NCBI GenBank assembly: GCA_013239625.1
Contig: MU053504.1
Span: forward strand, 436,001 to 500,000
Direction: 5' to 3'
Source: Lama guanicoe
Taxonomy: Eukaryota
DNA length: 64,000 bases
Within the stretch, counting starts at the first letter, position 1; each line of letters starts with the position of its first letter. Shown one piece after another: positions 39,153 to 51,713 of the stretch. The notes beneath the pieces were generated by a model. That model saw nothing but the letters and a program-made list of their open reading frames with translations, was not told the origin of the DNA and did not search any database. The translations under genes were made by a program, and so were the position numbers.

Positions 39153-40339
39153 TATGGCAGAGTTGAACTGAAGGTATGTGAAAACTCAAGTTTACAAGAA
39201 ACTTGTTTTCCAAAGTGGGAAAACAGTGTCTGAGAGCTCCTGTTGCTCCACATTCTCGTCAGCACTTGGTATTATCAATCTTCGTATCTTTTGCCAATAT
39301 AATGGGTACAGAATGGCAATATATTGTGACCCTAACTTGCATGTTTCTACAAATGTGATTGTTAACCTGAGTTTTAATTCCAGCTCCACCATTTACTTCC
39401 TTTTTGATCTTAGATGCATTATTCAACCTCTCTGAGCCTCAGTTACCTCATCTGTAAAAAAAAGGATAATAATAGTATCTATCTCACAGGATTATTCTAC
39501 AATATTATATATGATAATGCACATAACTCACTTTACACAGCAGATAGCATTGTAAAGGCTAACAAATGACAGCTGGTTATTATTGCTATGTAAGCACAAA
39601 TATGCCGATTTGTGAACCTACGACAATTACAAATAAACAAGCTTGTTAGCAATCATCATAGGAACGATATCTGCCTGGCATTGCAAAGTAGCAAAGACAT
39701 TGGTTTCCCATGCCCCGTGCCAACGACTAGCACCCTCTGCCTCTCCCAGCTTCCCACAGCTGGGCCCCCGGACCAAAACCACCTGCCAGTTCCCCCTCTG
39801 CCAATCTGGGAAGATAAACCTGCCCCTCCTCATCTGGGGTATTTGTTGTTTTCCAGAAACCACATCTGGAACCAATGTTCAGTTCCTGATCCCAGGTGAG
39901 AACAAACTCAGACCTAGCCCAGACGCTGGGGACTGTGGAGTTGAAGTGAATGACATCCTCAGTGTGGGTTCCCAGAGGGCCAGGCTGCAGATCATGTTGG
40001 TCCAGGACAGCCAGTGAGCACCAGAGGGAGCCTGTGGATCATGGTCTCACAAAGGAAAATCTGGGGTTTAGTCTGCTGAGGCAGGCAAAACAGGACTATC
40101 CACCCAAGCCATTCATCCAAGGGTGAGGAAAGAAGGGGACATAGATGGGAAAAGGATCGATGAGGTCAGAGACTGAAAAATTAGGAGCAGAAGAGCAATT
40201 CAAGAAGTGATAGAGGCAGTTCAGGTCTCACGCAGTTCAGGACTTACAACCAGAAAGGATTAGAGGCTCACCTTTACCTGGTGCCAGCTTCCAGCCCTGG
40301 GCCAGGCGTGACACCTTGCAGAGCCCGCCTGTTCTGGCT

Positions 40340-40862
40340 GTGTACTGGTGTGTAACAGAATGCTCCCAAACTTAAAACAACAACAGTCATTTTATTATTG
40401 CAACAACCATTCATTGTTGCAGTAGATCACATTTCCCGCCGTTCTGGGGATTGACTGGGCTCAGCTGGGCAGTTCTTGCTTTTGGTCTCTCAAGTGGTTG
40501 CAGTCAGATGGTATCTGTTGCTCAATGCATCTCAGAGGCTTACTCACATGTCTAACGCTGGCAGTTGCCTAGGACCTTAGCTGAGGCTGTCAGCTGGGAC
40601 ACCGACACATGACCCCTCCATGTGGCCTGGCGTCCTCTTAGCATAGTGGCTGGGAACCAAGAGCAACATCTGAAGAGAGCCAAGAGGAAGCTGTATTGCC
40701 TTTATAATCTAGCCTTGGAGGTCACACAGTGTCATATCTGTTGCATCTTATGCTGCAGAAGCCAGGCACCAGGCCAGCTCATATTCAGGGGGAGAAGAAT
40801 TAGATCACCTCTTGATGGGAGGGACATCAAAGAATTTGCAGACATGTTTTAAAGCCATCACC
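40340..40862. mobile_element. MaLR solo LTR (MLT1 family)
   Basis: TTGACTGGGCTCAGCTGGGCAGTTCTTG...CTCCATGTGGCCTGG...GCCTTGGAGGTCACACAGTGTCA...CACCTCTTGATGGGAGG. Confidence 0.75.
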
Positions 40863-43039
40863 CCATGTAAGGCTGGATAGCTTTCTAGTGTGGCACACCA
40901 GCTGCAAGGAATAGGCACCAACTCAGGAGGGGCTTACTGTAAAGATAGGTAGAGGGTAAGACAGGTAGAATCTGATCAAAATCCAAGAGCAGGCACTCTT
41001 GGAGGTGAAGGGTAGGTCTGGATCTAGAAGAGTTCACTCTGTCGCTCCAGCATTACTGTGTTTCCATGTGTCACTGAGAAGTGGGCTCAGCTCTGCTACC
41101 GTGACAAACAAATCTTGAGGTCTCATGGCCTCAACACCACCAAGGTCCATTCCTGGCTCACACTATGTGGCTTACACACTGGGTGGTCAGGGAGAGTGCT
41201 CCTGCACAGGGACCCAGCCACCATCTGGGATGTCGCTGGATGCCACAGCAGGGAAGGTACAGTTGGAGGGTCACACACTGGCTCTTCCACACTTTACCCA
41301 GGCAGTGGCAGGTGTCCCTTCTGCCCACAGCCCCACTGGCTAGAAATAGTCACGTGGTCTGACCCAGCAGGGGGCTGGGAAATGTGAGGCGTGGATGGAG
41401 AGTCTGGGTGAGCAGCGCGGGATCAGACACACGCTCCGTTCTCTCCCAATGGACAGGCTTCCTCATCCCGTCAGAGGGGATCCTGCTTAGTCTCCATCAC
41501 CACCTCAGAGGCTCCTCAGGTGGGCACGAGGGATGCGGGCACCCGGCCCCTTCCAGGCCTGCTGAACCAGAGCCTCTGAGTTTGGGCCTGGCAATGAGTT
41601 TACATTCCTCCCTCCCCACGGGAAGGCTGCAGACCAGGCTGGGGTCTGATGCGCAGTCTGTCCTACCTCGTGGCTTCAGCTTCCTTTAACTCTGTCTGGG
41701 CTTTACTTTCTGGTCTTCTTTGTGCATTTTTTATGATTTCTACTCCCACTGCTAAAGATGTCACTCTCCTGCTCTTTCTCTGTGTCATAGTCTATAGGGA
41801 GGGAGTCCGATGGGTCGGCTCAGCCTTTGACGCCTGAGCACATCATAGGTGGTTAGTGTAAGGTCCATTTGTTTTCTTCCCCTCCTCCCCCTCCCCCTGC
41901 TTCCTTTCCTTTCCTCCTCCTCATCTTCTTCCTCCTCTTCTCCATCATCCTCATCGACACATAGATGATAGAGTGTTTAAGAAGGAAGGCCTTGACACCA
42001 GGCTGCCTGGGTTTGAATCCTAGGTCTGCTACTTATTAGCTCTGTGACCTTAAGCAAATAACGTAACTTTTCTTGCCTCCATTTGCCCCTTTATAAAGTT
42101 GGGGTACAGGAGAAATTACCTCATAGAACTACTGAGCAAATGCACCAAGCCAGCATGTTCCTGGCACATCAATTTTAGATATTATAATTCTATTATAATT
42201 AATAATAACAGCTACCACTTTTAAATTCAGGATAATGTACTGGTTGTCAATATACCCTGGAGCCTCACTGCCAATGCAGAAATCCCAGCTCTACCATTTA
42301 CTAACAGTGTGCCTTGGGCAATTCATTAAGCTCTTGGTGCCTCAGTTTCATCATCTATAGAATGGAAATAATAACATTCCTACCGCCTGAGGTTGTTGTG
42401 AGGAACAGATGCTGCTAATACATCTAAAATGTTTACAACAGCCCCTGTCATCTAACAAGGGCCAGCATGTGCCTTGCAAGCTATTTATTTGCATTGTCAG
42501 TTATGTCCCCTACCTACCAGCACCATAGGAAACACTGTAAAGATCTTATTGCACTGAACCCACTCAACAGTGCTGCAAGGGTGATATCTCCATTTTATGG
42601 ATGAAGGAATTAGGTTTAAATGGAACTGAGTCACCCAAAATAATGCAATGAGTAAACGGCAGTGGTGGCATTAAATCTCAGATCTATCATTGGCCTAAAA
42701 GCAGAGCTCTTACCCGCACGATGGTGCTCTTGCAATCAGCAGGTGCAGCAAGGGTTGCCGTGGGAGAAAGGACTCAGTGATGTCAGGTTCACGTGCACCC
42801 TCCCCATCCTCCTGGCAGGGTCTGGGGCAAGGCAGTCTCTCTGTGTGAAAGGAACTCAAAGACATTTCTAGACAACACCCTCTGGAATCACCATGTATTG
42901 GAAGTAAACCCAGAGTCTGGGTGTCCCGGTAGTGCACCCCCATCCCTGCTCTCTGCGTGTCTTACACCCAGTTCACAGGTGGGATTTCTGCCTTGCCACT
43001 GCCTGTCCGCCTCTGCCCTCGGCCACAGTTCTGCTCCTG

Positions 43040-43403
43040 TTTCACTAGGCCAAAATCAAGGTGTGGGCCAGGCTGCATTCCCTTTGGAAGCTCTAGGGGA
43101 GACTCTGTTCCTGGCGTCTTCTAGCTTCTGGTGGCTGCTGGCATTCTTTGACTTGAGGCCACATCACTCCCACCTCTGCCTCTGCCTTCTCCTCTGTGTG
43201 TGTAAAATCTCTCTTTGCCTTCCTCTTACTGAGGATACATGTGATTGCATTTAGGCCCCTCCTGATAATCCAGGATAATCTCCCCATCTCAAAATTCTTA
43301 ACTTAATTGCATCTGCAAAGACCCCCTCCCTCCCTTTTTTATATAAAGTAACCTTCACAAGCTCCAGGAATTAGGATGTAGGGACCATTTTCCAGCCTAC
43401 CAC
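43040..43403. mobile_element. MaLR LTR (MLT1B/C-like)
   Basis: AAAATCAAGGTGTGGGCCAGGCTGCATTCC...TTCTAGCTTCTGGTGGCTGCTGGCATTC...GATAATCCAGGATAATCTCCCCATCTCAAAATTCTTAACTTAAT. Confidence 0.8.
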
Positions 43404-44399
43404 GGTAGGTGGTCAACAAAAGGGGATTTCCCCCTCATTCCTGCTGGAAGTCATTCCGCGGCCAATGTGCAGGGCTAAGAATAGTTTTGTACGGCTCGAG
43501 ATTACCTTGGGCCCTGTCAAAAGAAGGAGGACGTGTGGTTGTTGAGCATCTATTAGACCCGGGGAACCATAACATACCACCTGGCTAGGAAGTACGTGTT
43601 AATGTTCCCATTTAACAGAAAGAAAACTGGGACCGAAAGCAATAGTCCAGGAAGGAAAAGCAGGTCAGTTAAAAGAAAAAGGAGCTGGTAGTTCAAAGTT
43701 TGGTTTCTGATAAGCGTCTTCGTATTCCTTATCAGGTGCTCGCAAACTAGAATAACTACTTGGTGGAAGGGTGCCACCTGGTGTCCATGCAGAGTATCTC
43801 TTCTCGGAACCGGCCCGCTCTGGGTTGTGGGACTGGCTCTGATTTCCAACTGTGGGACAAGTTACTGGGAGGACGTTGGACGGTGAGGCTTTCTGGCCCT
43901 GGAGATCTAGGTTTGAATTTCAGCTCTGCCACTGACCAAATGACCGGGGCCAAGTCACTTCTCCTCTGAACTTTAAAATGAAATTGACACCTCCTCGAGC
44001 TGTGGAGAGATCTTGGGAAAGTGCTTTATAAACAGAATAACTGGAGGCAATGGAAAGAAGCATTATCTGCAATAAAACAGGTCTGGATTCAGTTAGAAAA
44101 ATACTGTGCACCTGCTGTGAGCCAGACACTGTTCTGGATGTGGGAATGTAGGAACCAATAAAGCAGACAAAATCCATGTTTTCCTGTAGTTAGCATTCTA
44201 GCATTCCAGTTTCTGAGTTATTCATCCATTCATCTACAAATAGTCTTCTGGTACTACTATGTGCCAGGCACATTCCTAAGCAGTGGGCACAGAGGGACTC
44301 CAACATGGCCAGAGCACAGGAGCAAGGGGAACAGGCTGGATAGGGACATCGCCAGACTTTGTGGGGCCCGAAGCAAAAAAATGTACGGTATCCTTTTCT

Positions 44400-44573
44400 T
44401 TTCTTTCTTTTTTAAAATTAATTGAAGTACAGTTGATTTACAATGTTGTGTTAGTTTCTGGTGTACAGCATAGTGATTCAGTTATACACATGTATGTTCT
44501 TTTTCATCATAGGTTATTACAAGTTACTGAAAATAGTTCCCTGTGCTATAGAGTAGGACTTTGCTATTTATCT
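44400..44573 (-). mobile_element. Short 5'-truncated L1 3' end
   Basis: A T-rich tail is followed by ATTGAAGTACAGTTGATTTACAATGTTGTGTTAGTTTCTGGTGTACAGCATAGTGATTCAG...GTTCCCTGTGCTATA. Confidence 0.8.
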
Positions 44574-44838
44574 GCAGTATTCTCTTCTTAAAGAAAAAGA
44601 ATACAAAGTCATAAACACAGAACTAGGTTAGAGAGGGAATTGTTTTTTAGAATGATAGAAGAAATAACAATAAGTTAGAAAATTTTTAAAGCTGACAAAA
44701 ACAATAGAATCTTGAAATATAGCATCATATTTATATTAATTAGCTACACGATATGGCTCTATAATCATTTTTTCTCTACATGTTTTGCCCTGTGTTCTTT
44801 GACTGTATGGTCATAAGACAATGATTTTGTTGTCTATC

Positions 44839-44955
44839 TCATATTGTCTTTTGGGGGGTAATTAGGTTTATTTATTTTTAATGGTGGTACTGGGGATTGA
44901 ACCCCAGGACTTCATGCATGCTAAGCACAAGCTCTACCACTGAGCTATATCCTCC
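44839..44955 (-). mobile_element. tRNA-derived camelid-type SINE (Vic-1-like)
   Basis: The reverse complement carries Pol III A and B boxes (TAGCTCAGTGG, GGTTCAATCCC). It is flanked by the direct repeat TGTTGTCTATC at 44828-44838 and 44956-44966. Confidence 0.85.
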
Positions 44956-45402
44956 TGTTGTCTATCAATAAAATTATAAAGAGGATAACTTAGTCTTTAT
45001 AAGCATGGTTAACATTTTTGGGTGGATAGCTTAAACAAGTTTCTTGACTTTGTAAAGCTTAATGCCATGTAAATTCCTAGGCTTATTATAAATCTGATTT
45101 GAGAAAACCTCTTAATTTCTCTCATATATAAGCTATAATTTGCTTATATGGTAACCAAGTTTAAATACTTCTTGAGTTGACAGCACATTAACTAGTTTTA
45201 TTGTCAGCATCCCCATGTGGTGGCATAATATGAATTCTACATTATCTTTATCTATGTCAATATTTCATGTCAAATAAGTGAGAAATTTGAATCTTTCCCC
45301 AATGTATTTGTATAATTCACACCTTTTGATTAGATTATCAAACAATCCATGAGTCTATTCATTACTTTGATTTTAAATGTATCTATTCCTCTTAATGAAT
45401 TA

Positions 45403-45750
45403 CAGTTGTCCCTTGGTATCTGCGGACAATTGGTTCTAGGACACCCCCCAGCCCGTACCCCGCAGATAACCAAAATCCACGGATGCTCAAGTCCCTTATG
45501 TAAAATTATGTAGTATTTGCATATAATCTACGCACATCCCCCCCCACTTTAAATCATCTCTAGATTACTTATAATACCTAATACAATGTAAGTACTTGTA
45601 AATAAAATGTAAATACTATGTAAATAGTTGCTGGTGTGTGGCAAGTTTAAGTTTTGCTTTGGGGAAATTTCTGGAATATTTTTTCAAATATTTTTGCTGA
45701 GGTTAGTTAAATCCACAGATGCAGAATCTGTGAATAGGGTGAGCCTACTG
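45403..45750. mobile_element. MER2-like TcMar-Tigger MITE
   Basis: TA|CAGTTGTCCCTTGGTATC...CCAAAATCCACGGATGCTCAAGTCCCTTAT...TTTAAATCATCTCTAGATTACTTATAATACCTAATACAATGTAA...CTACTG. Confidence 0.85.
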
Positions 45751-46326
45751 TGCTATTTTTGTTGTGACCTACGGGCCATTTCATCTGTAAGTCATTGCTA
45801 GGGCGGAAATGTTAAGTAAGACGTGCTCCAACACAATGAGATCATAAAACACTCAAATTCCCACATGGACATACTAGCTGTTTCCGGTTTGCCACATGCC
45901 CTACAAACATGGGACTCATATCTTCTAGTTTGTGCAATTCCTATTAGAAAGGAAGAAAAAGCATACAGTATGTTTATAATTGTATCGGCTGCACTGCCAA
46001 ATACACTTCTGCTTTGAGCTAGGCTTTGCTGAGAACCAGGTCCTCTGCATTATAGTTTAATATGTCTGATGCTCAGCAGAATTTTCTGTAGACTAGCTCT
46101 GGCAGTGTATGTTTCAAATCTTGTTTCCCACCACTTTGTACAACCCCTAACCTAATGCCGGGCCCTAGTACAATGTGTGTGGCCCCGCACCTTCCTGTCA
46201 CTGTGCAGCGTGAGTCAGCACAGTGGACAATAGGAGTATTCCTGGAAGCCATTCCTACAGTGAGATGGACAGCAATGACATAACTATAGATGAAAGTGAC
46301 TGTGAACCATATAAATAGATCCTTCT

Positions 46327-46681
46327 TGTCTTTGTTCAGGATGCTGTAACAAACTACCATGGACAGGGTGGCTAAACAACATTCATTTCTGGAGGCTGGA
46401 AAGTCCAAGATCAAGGTGCCAGCAAATTTGGTGTCTGGTGAGAACCTGCTTCCTGGTTCATAGATAACTGTCCTCTCGCTGTGTCCTCACATGGCAGAAG
46501 GGTTGAGGGAGATCTCTAGGGCGTCTTTTATAAGGGCACTAATTCCATATTAGTATCTCATAAGGGTGGAGCCCTCATGACCTAATTATCTCCCAAAGCT
46601 CCCACCTCCCAATAGCATCACCTTGGGGGTTAGGATTTCAACACACTAATATGGGGGGACACAAATATTCAGTCCATAACA
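46327..46681. mobile_element. MLT1A-like MaLR solo LTR
   Basis: TG...CA termini with near-matching 5-bp flanks CTTCT/CCTCT. The core reads TTCTGGAGGCTGGAAAGTCCAAGATCAAGGTGCCAGCA...GTCCTCACATGGCAGAAGG. Confidence 0.85.
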
Positions 46682-48019
46682 CCTCTGAATCTAAATTAAG
46701 TGTACACCTAACTCAGCTCTGCCTTAGCAGCATCCTCCAGATACTTACTCCATTGCCTCAACATAATATGATAGCAGGAGAGTTGCAGTTGAAAGAGACG
46801 TCATTCTTAAAGGATTACAGTTAAATATCTTATTTCTGCAATATTTACAAAAACATAAACCCAGGGGAATACATTGCTGTGTTTCTCCCAGGGCCCCGGA
46901 GAGGCCGATGCAAGCAACGGCCCTAAAACTGAAGGTTCATTGCAATCAGGATAAGTAGTCCACCCATATGACGTGAAGCTAGAATAATGAGTAAAAGGGA
47001 GACTGCGCAGGTCCCTGTAGTTGTTAGGAGGGAGTTTGCTTTTACTCTAAGAGCAACAGGAAGACTTAAAGAGCTTTAAAGGGGGTGACCCCCTCTAGTT
47101 TCAGTGTGGAAAATGGGCTTAAGGGAGGTAAGCAACATGAGACAGATTGCTGAGGAGGTTGTTGGAGCTTTTCCAGGAAAGAGGTGGCTTAGTTTAGGGT
47201 GGGGTGGGTAGAGACAGTGAGAAGTGGATAAAGTCATATTTGAAGGTAGAGTGATGGATCTGCTGATGGACTGACGTTAAGGTTGGCATCAAGGGTGTCT
47301 CCCAGATGTCTGCTTGAGTGGTCACTGTGATACCATCTCCTGCGGTGGGAAAAAGGGAGCTAAACCTGAGTTGAATCCTGTCTCTGCTATTCCCAATTAC
47401 GTGACCTTGGACTGGTTGCTTCTCCTCTCTGGACCATTTCCCCATTGCAAAAGGGGGGACATTAATAACTACCTTGTCAGATTGAAGAGTAAATGAAACA
47501 ACATATCTGCGGAGCCTGGGACCTTATCAATAATCTATATGTTGGATGTCATTGTTATTCCAAGACTTACCGGTATTTACTATGAAGTTCAAGGGAAGAA
47601 ACCAGCCTTGAATTCTTAAGCTTTTGTATGATTTTTCTTATGTTGTAGCAATCGGCTTTAGCTGTTGAAATCTGTGATACACCAGGCAGGAAAATATTTC
47701 CTGTCCCTAAAGGACAGGTCAATATGAGTGATCTTTTTAATAAGAGTAACAATAATGATAACAAATACTTATTGAGCATTTATTATTGCTACGCTCTTCA
47801 TACACTTCATCTCACTTATATCCTACAAGACCCATAGCACAGGTACTTTTATTATCATCATTTCCATTTTACAGGTGAGAAAAGCTGAGGTCCAAGAGAT
47901 TGAATAACTTCTACACGGACGCCTTGCTAGTAAGTGGAAGAGATGGGACTCCATCCTAGCGATGTTCACAGACCAGGCAGAGGGTCAGATATTACCACCT
48001 TTCACACTTGTACAGTAGG

Positions 48020-48800
48020 GACCGGGTCGCTGAACAGGTGAGCTGGCACTACGCGGGAGGCTGCACACCATGACTAGGGTACCCTGCCCCTAAATCCTTG
48101 CCGGGATTCCAGTCCACGGCCCAGCCCTTCGCCCCGCCCCATCCCCTACAGCCCCGCCCCTTACCCTGGTCCTTTCCCTGCCCACAAGCCCGCCTCTAGC
48201 CCCGCCCCATCCTCAGATGCCCCTCCCTTCGCCCCGCCCCAGCCCTGCTGGCTGCCCCGCCCCGCCGCGCGCTCCTTGACGCCTAGGGAGCTGAACACCT
48301 CGGACCCTACGCGCGGAACCGGCGACTTCTCCTCCAGCCCTTGCTCGGGTGCTTTCGCCTCAGATCCCGCGCAGGAAGTAGGAGGCCGTGCGGGACCACG
48401 GGCAGGAGGCGGGCTGGGACGCGGGGGCCGCGGCCACCCCCATCTACCCCCCGTGCCCCGCCGGGCTCTTCACTGGCACGAGCCCTGAGGGACCCCGCCT
48501 GAGGCGAGGAAACGGGCGCTTGCGGGCGCCCCTCCGCCTCAGTGTCTTCTTTGAGCATCCGGCCTTCAACTCTGAGGAGCCCTGTGTGGAGGGAGCCCTA
48601 GGCGTCCGCGCCCTTGGAGCCCGCCGTTCTCCTCACAGCCCTGGACCCACCCCTCACCCCAGCACCTTCCATTCCTCGTTCCTCCCCCCTCCCCCCGCCC
48701 GAGGGAGCGCGCCGTTCGGCTCCCCCGCTCCCTCTTCTCGGGCGTTCGATTTCTGCCCCTTCGCTCGGCGCCCTCACCCGTCCTCACCCGCGACCCTTTC
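48020..48800 (+). promoter_or_regulatory. RAD21L1: CpG-island promoter of RAD21L1 with a GC-box cluster (exon 1 boundaries not resolved)
   Basis: CpG-rich island about 1.4 kb upstream of the first coding exon. GCCCCGCCCC occurs five times within 48131-48263. Confidence 0.8.
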
Positions 48801-50144
48801 CAAGAATTAAGTCCACTCCCTGGCAACCTGTTCCATGTACAGTCCTTAGCTTTACTTTGTGTGAAGTAAATACAACCTAGAAATAACTCACAGGATGTGG
48901 GGGCTTCTTGTGGGGGCTTCTTTTGGGGCTCAAGAAAATCAAGGTCTCGGAATATTAAATCGCGGGGTGCTTTTTTTTTTTTTTTACTGCTTAAAGTACG
49001 TTAACAGTCATACACCAGGGAGCAATTAAAAAAGATCAGTTGGAATTTATTCCAAGATACCAAAGATAGACTGGAAAGGACGAAAGTGGAGCCAAGGCAG
49101 GCACAGGACGTACACGTTAGAATCTCTAGCCGTCCCACTGGGGAATGTGATTTAATAGATTGCATAACATTTATTTTGGGCCCAATGGTTTGATTCTTGG
49201 GATGGAAATGGGCATTGATCAAAGTTCACCTAAATTTTTAATTCTGTGGCTGATTCTGTATTCATTTTGATTCAGTTTTCTCTTTTATCAGAACTTCAAG
49301 TAGAAAAGCCAAAAGAAGCTTCTCCAGCGGCAGTTAAAGATTATTTATATGTAAGCAATCATTTGATTCTTCTTTAGAAGTCAGCAAAGCGTTATGACAT
49401 CTCTGCTTAATAATGGATCCTTATGATGTTATTAAAAATAGTTACAATTTGTAGAAATGTGCATAAAATTTTTACCTTCAAGTGAAGATTTTCTTTTACC
49501 ATTCTTATTTCAAAAAATTTTGATTCTTTTTTTCTTCCCTTCTCATTCTTTTCCTGTTGTTTCTTATTTTCTTAATCTTTCCACTTTATGGTCCTTTGGC
49601 GTTCCATTATTTTAACGGGACAAATTAATATATCGTTGAATAAACCATAGCATCTTAAAGAGAACAAAGAAATTCAACACCTGGATATAAATCAATGATT
49701 CAACACTTCCCAGATTCTTAAGTTTTAGAAAAGTGGTGACCTGTGTTTACTTTTCTTAGTTTTGTCTACCATTTCTTGTTCTATTGTTTTTAAAATCTAT
49801 TTCCTTCTCCTGTTTTTTTCTCAGCCTTCCTCTTCTATTTATTTGAATATATTAGGAAAACTCAAATCCTCTGTGAGATATCATATGTAAAATGTAAGAA
49901 GGGATCAGGATTAGAATACATGTGGTTCACAATCTAATAGAACTCTGTCATTAGTATATAGTTTTGTATTTTAAATAAGTTTCTTTTTGCAAGAAAATAG
50001 TTTGAATTGAATAATACATTGAATTAAAAGATACTCTGAGTGTTATAGAATTACTGAAAAATGTTTTTGCTTGTTGTAAAATAACACTGAAAGATTTTTA
50101 TATCAAAATTTGAATATCTTTTGATGTTCTCTCTAGTTCATTAA

Positions 50145-50321
<177 letters not shown>

Positions 50322-51491
50322 TGATTTAAATTATAGTATGTATTTGCCGTGACTTATGGAGAAGAAATATATATATAAAATACATTATATCATAAAATAT
50401 ATTTCCAAAGAAGTTTTACTTCTCAAATGGTCTTCTCTCTTTTAATCCCTGTAACATTTATTGTCTGAACATGAATATATATTGGTTTCTGTTGGTAACT
50501 GTTTTATATGTTTATCATAAATAGATTGGATCCTGAAGGATAAAGACTACATTTTATACATATTTTGTGATTGTTATTCTCTAATAAAATCAATATACAT
50601 AGTAGGTACCAAATGAGTATTTCTTAAAAAAAAAAAACAAGAAAATGAATAAGAGAGTGTAAAGAAAGGAAGATTGTGTATAAATCAAAATATATATGAA
50701 TACATTTCATAAATAGTAAAGTACTATGTTCATTTTAAAACACTATAACAGGCTTTTAGAATTTGCATTAAGATATTTTATTATTTTTATGGGTTAAGTA
50801 TTTTTCTTCATGAGAGAAGGACAAATTTTAATTGAAAACTTACCGTGTGTTAGGCACTGGGCTAGGCTTTATGTTCATTAGTTTACTTAATCGTCATAAT
50901 AACCCTATGAGATAAGTTTCTTTTAGCCTCAGTGAAGTGTGGTAAATTAAGAACATGAAATTTGAAGTTGGTCAAATTTAAACTTAATTCCTGCTCCATC
51001 AATTAATAGTTCTGTTACTTTGAGCATACTGCTTATCATGTCTAAGTCTTAGTTTTTTCTTCTGTAAATAGAGGTTGTTGTCAAATTAAATAAATTAATG
51101 TATGAAAAGCTCTTAGGACAATGCCTGGCACAAAATAAGTATCCAATAAATTGTAGCCTTTATTAACAAATTGAAGTTCGGGAAGGTTAAATGACTCAGC
51201 CTCAGCAACTAAGCCAAGGCTTGAACCCAAGTCAGCCTGACTGCAAAGTTTAAACTCTTCCCATAAAACCAATAATAGCATATTTCACTTAAATGCTGCA
51301 TTAGATTATCTTCACTGAATAAAAAAGTTAATCATTTAACAAGGTCAGGTAAAAGGTAAGTGATTCACTTTAAATAAGAATACAAAATGTCTGCTTTTTA
51401 AAAAGAAGAGATTCTTACGAGTTTTGTAATTTTCAAAGAACAAGGTTTCTGAATCAAATTTTTAAGATTCTCATATTTTAAAAATTATTGA

Positions 51492-51713
<222 letters not shown>

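Larger units (their letters stand above)
44335..46965. mobile_element. hAT-Tip100 (MER69B/Arthur-like) DNA transposon fossil with four nested insertions
   Basis: Left end TTTGTGGGGCCCGAAGC...CTTAAAGAAAAAGAATACAAA and right end GGGCCCCGGAGAGGCCGATGCAAG...GGCCCTAAAACTGAAGGTTCATT. AT-rich internal sequence continues on both sides of each insert. Confidence 0.6.

Noticed and set aside
48031..48043. Strong donor-like CAG|GTGAGC as the RAD21L1 exon 1 end
   Set aside because: It lies upstream of the GC-box cluster, so it is unlikely to end the main first exon. It cannot be resolved without transcripts.
48896..48930. TGTGGGGGCTTCT repeated about 2.5 times
   Set aside because: Short tandem duplication without spacers, so not an array of interest.
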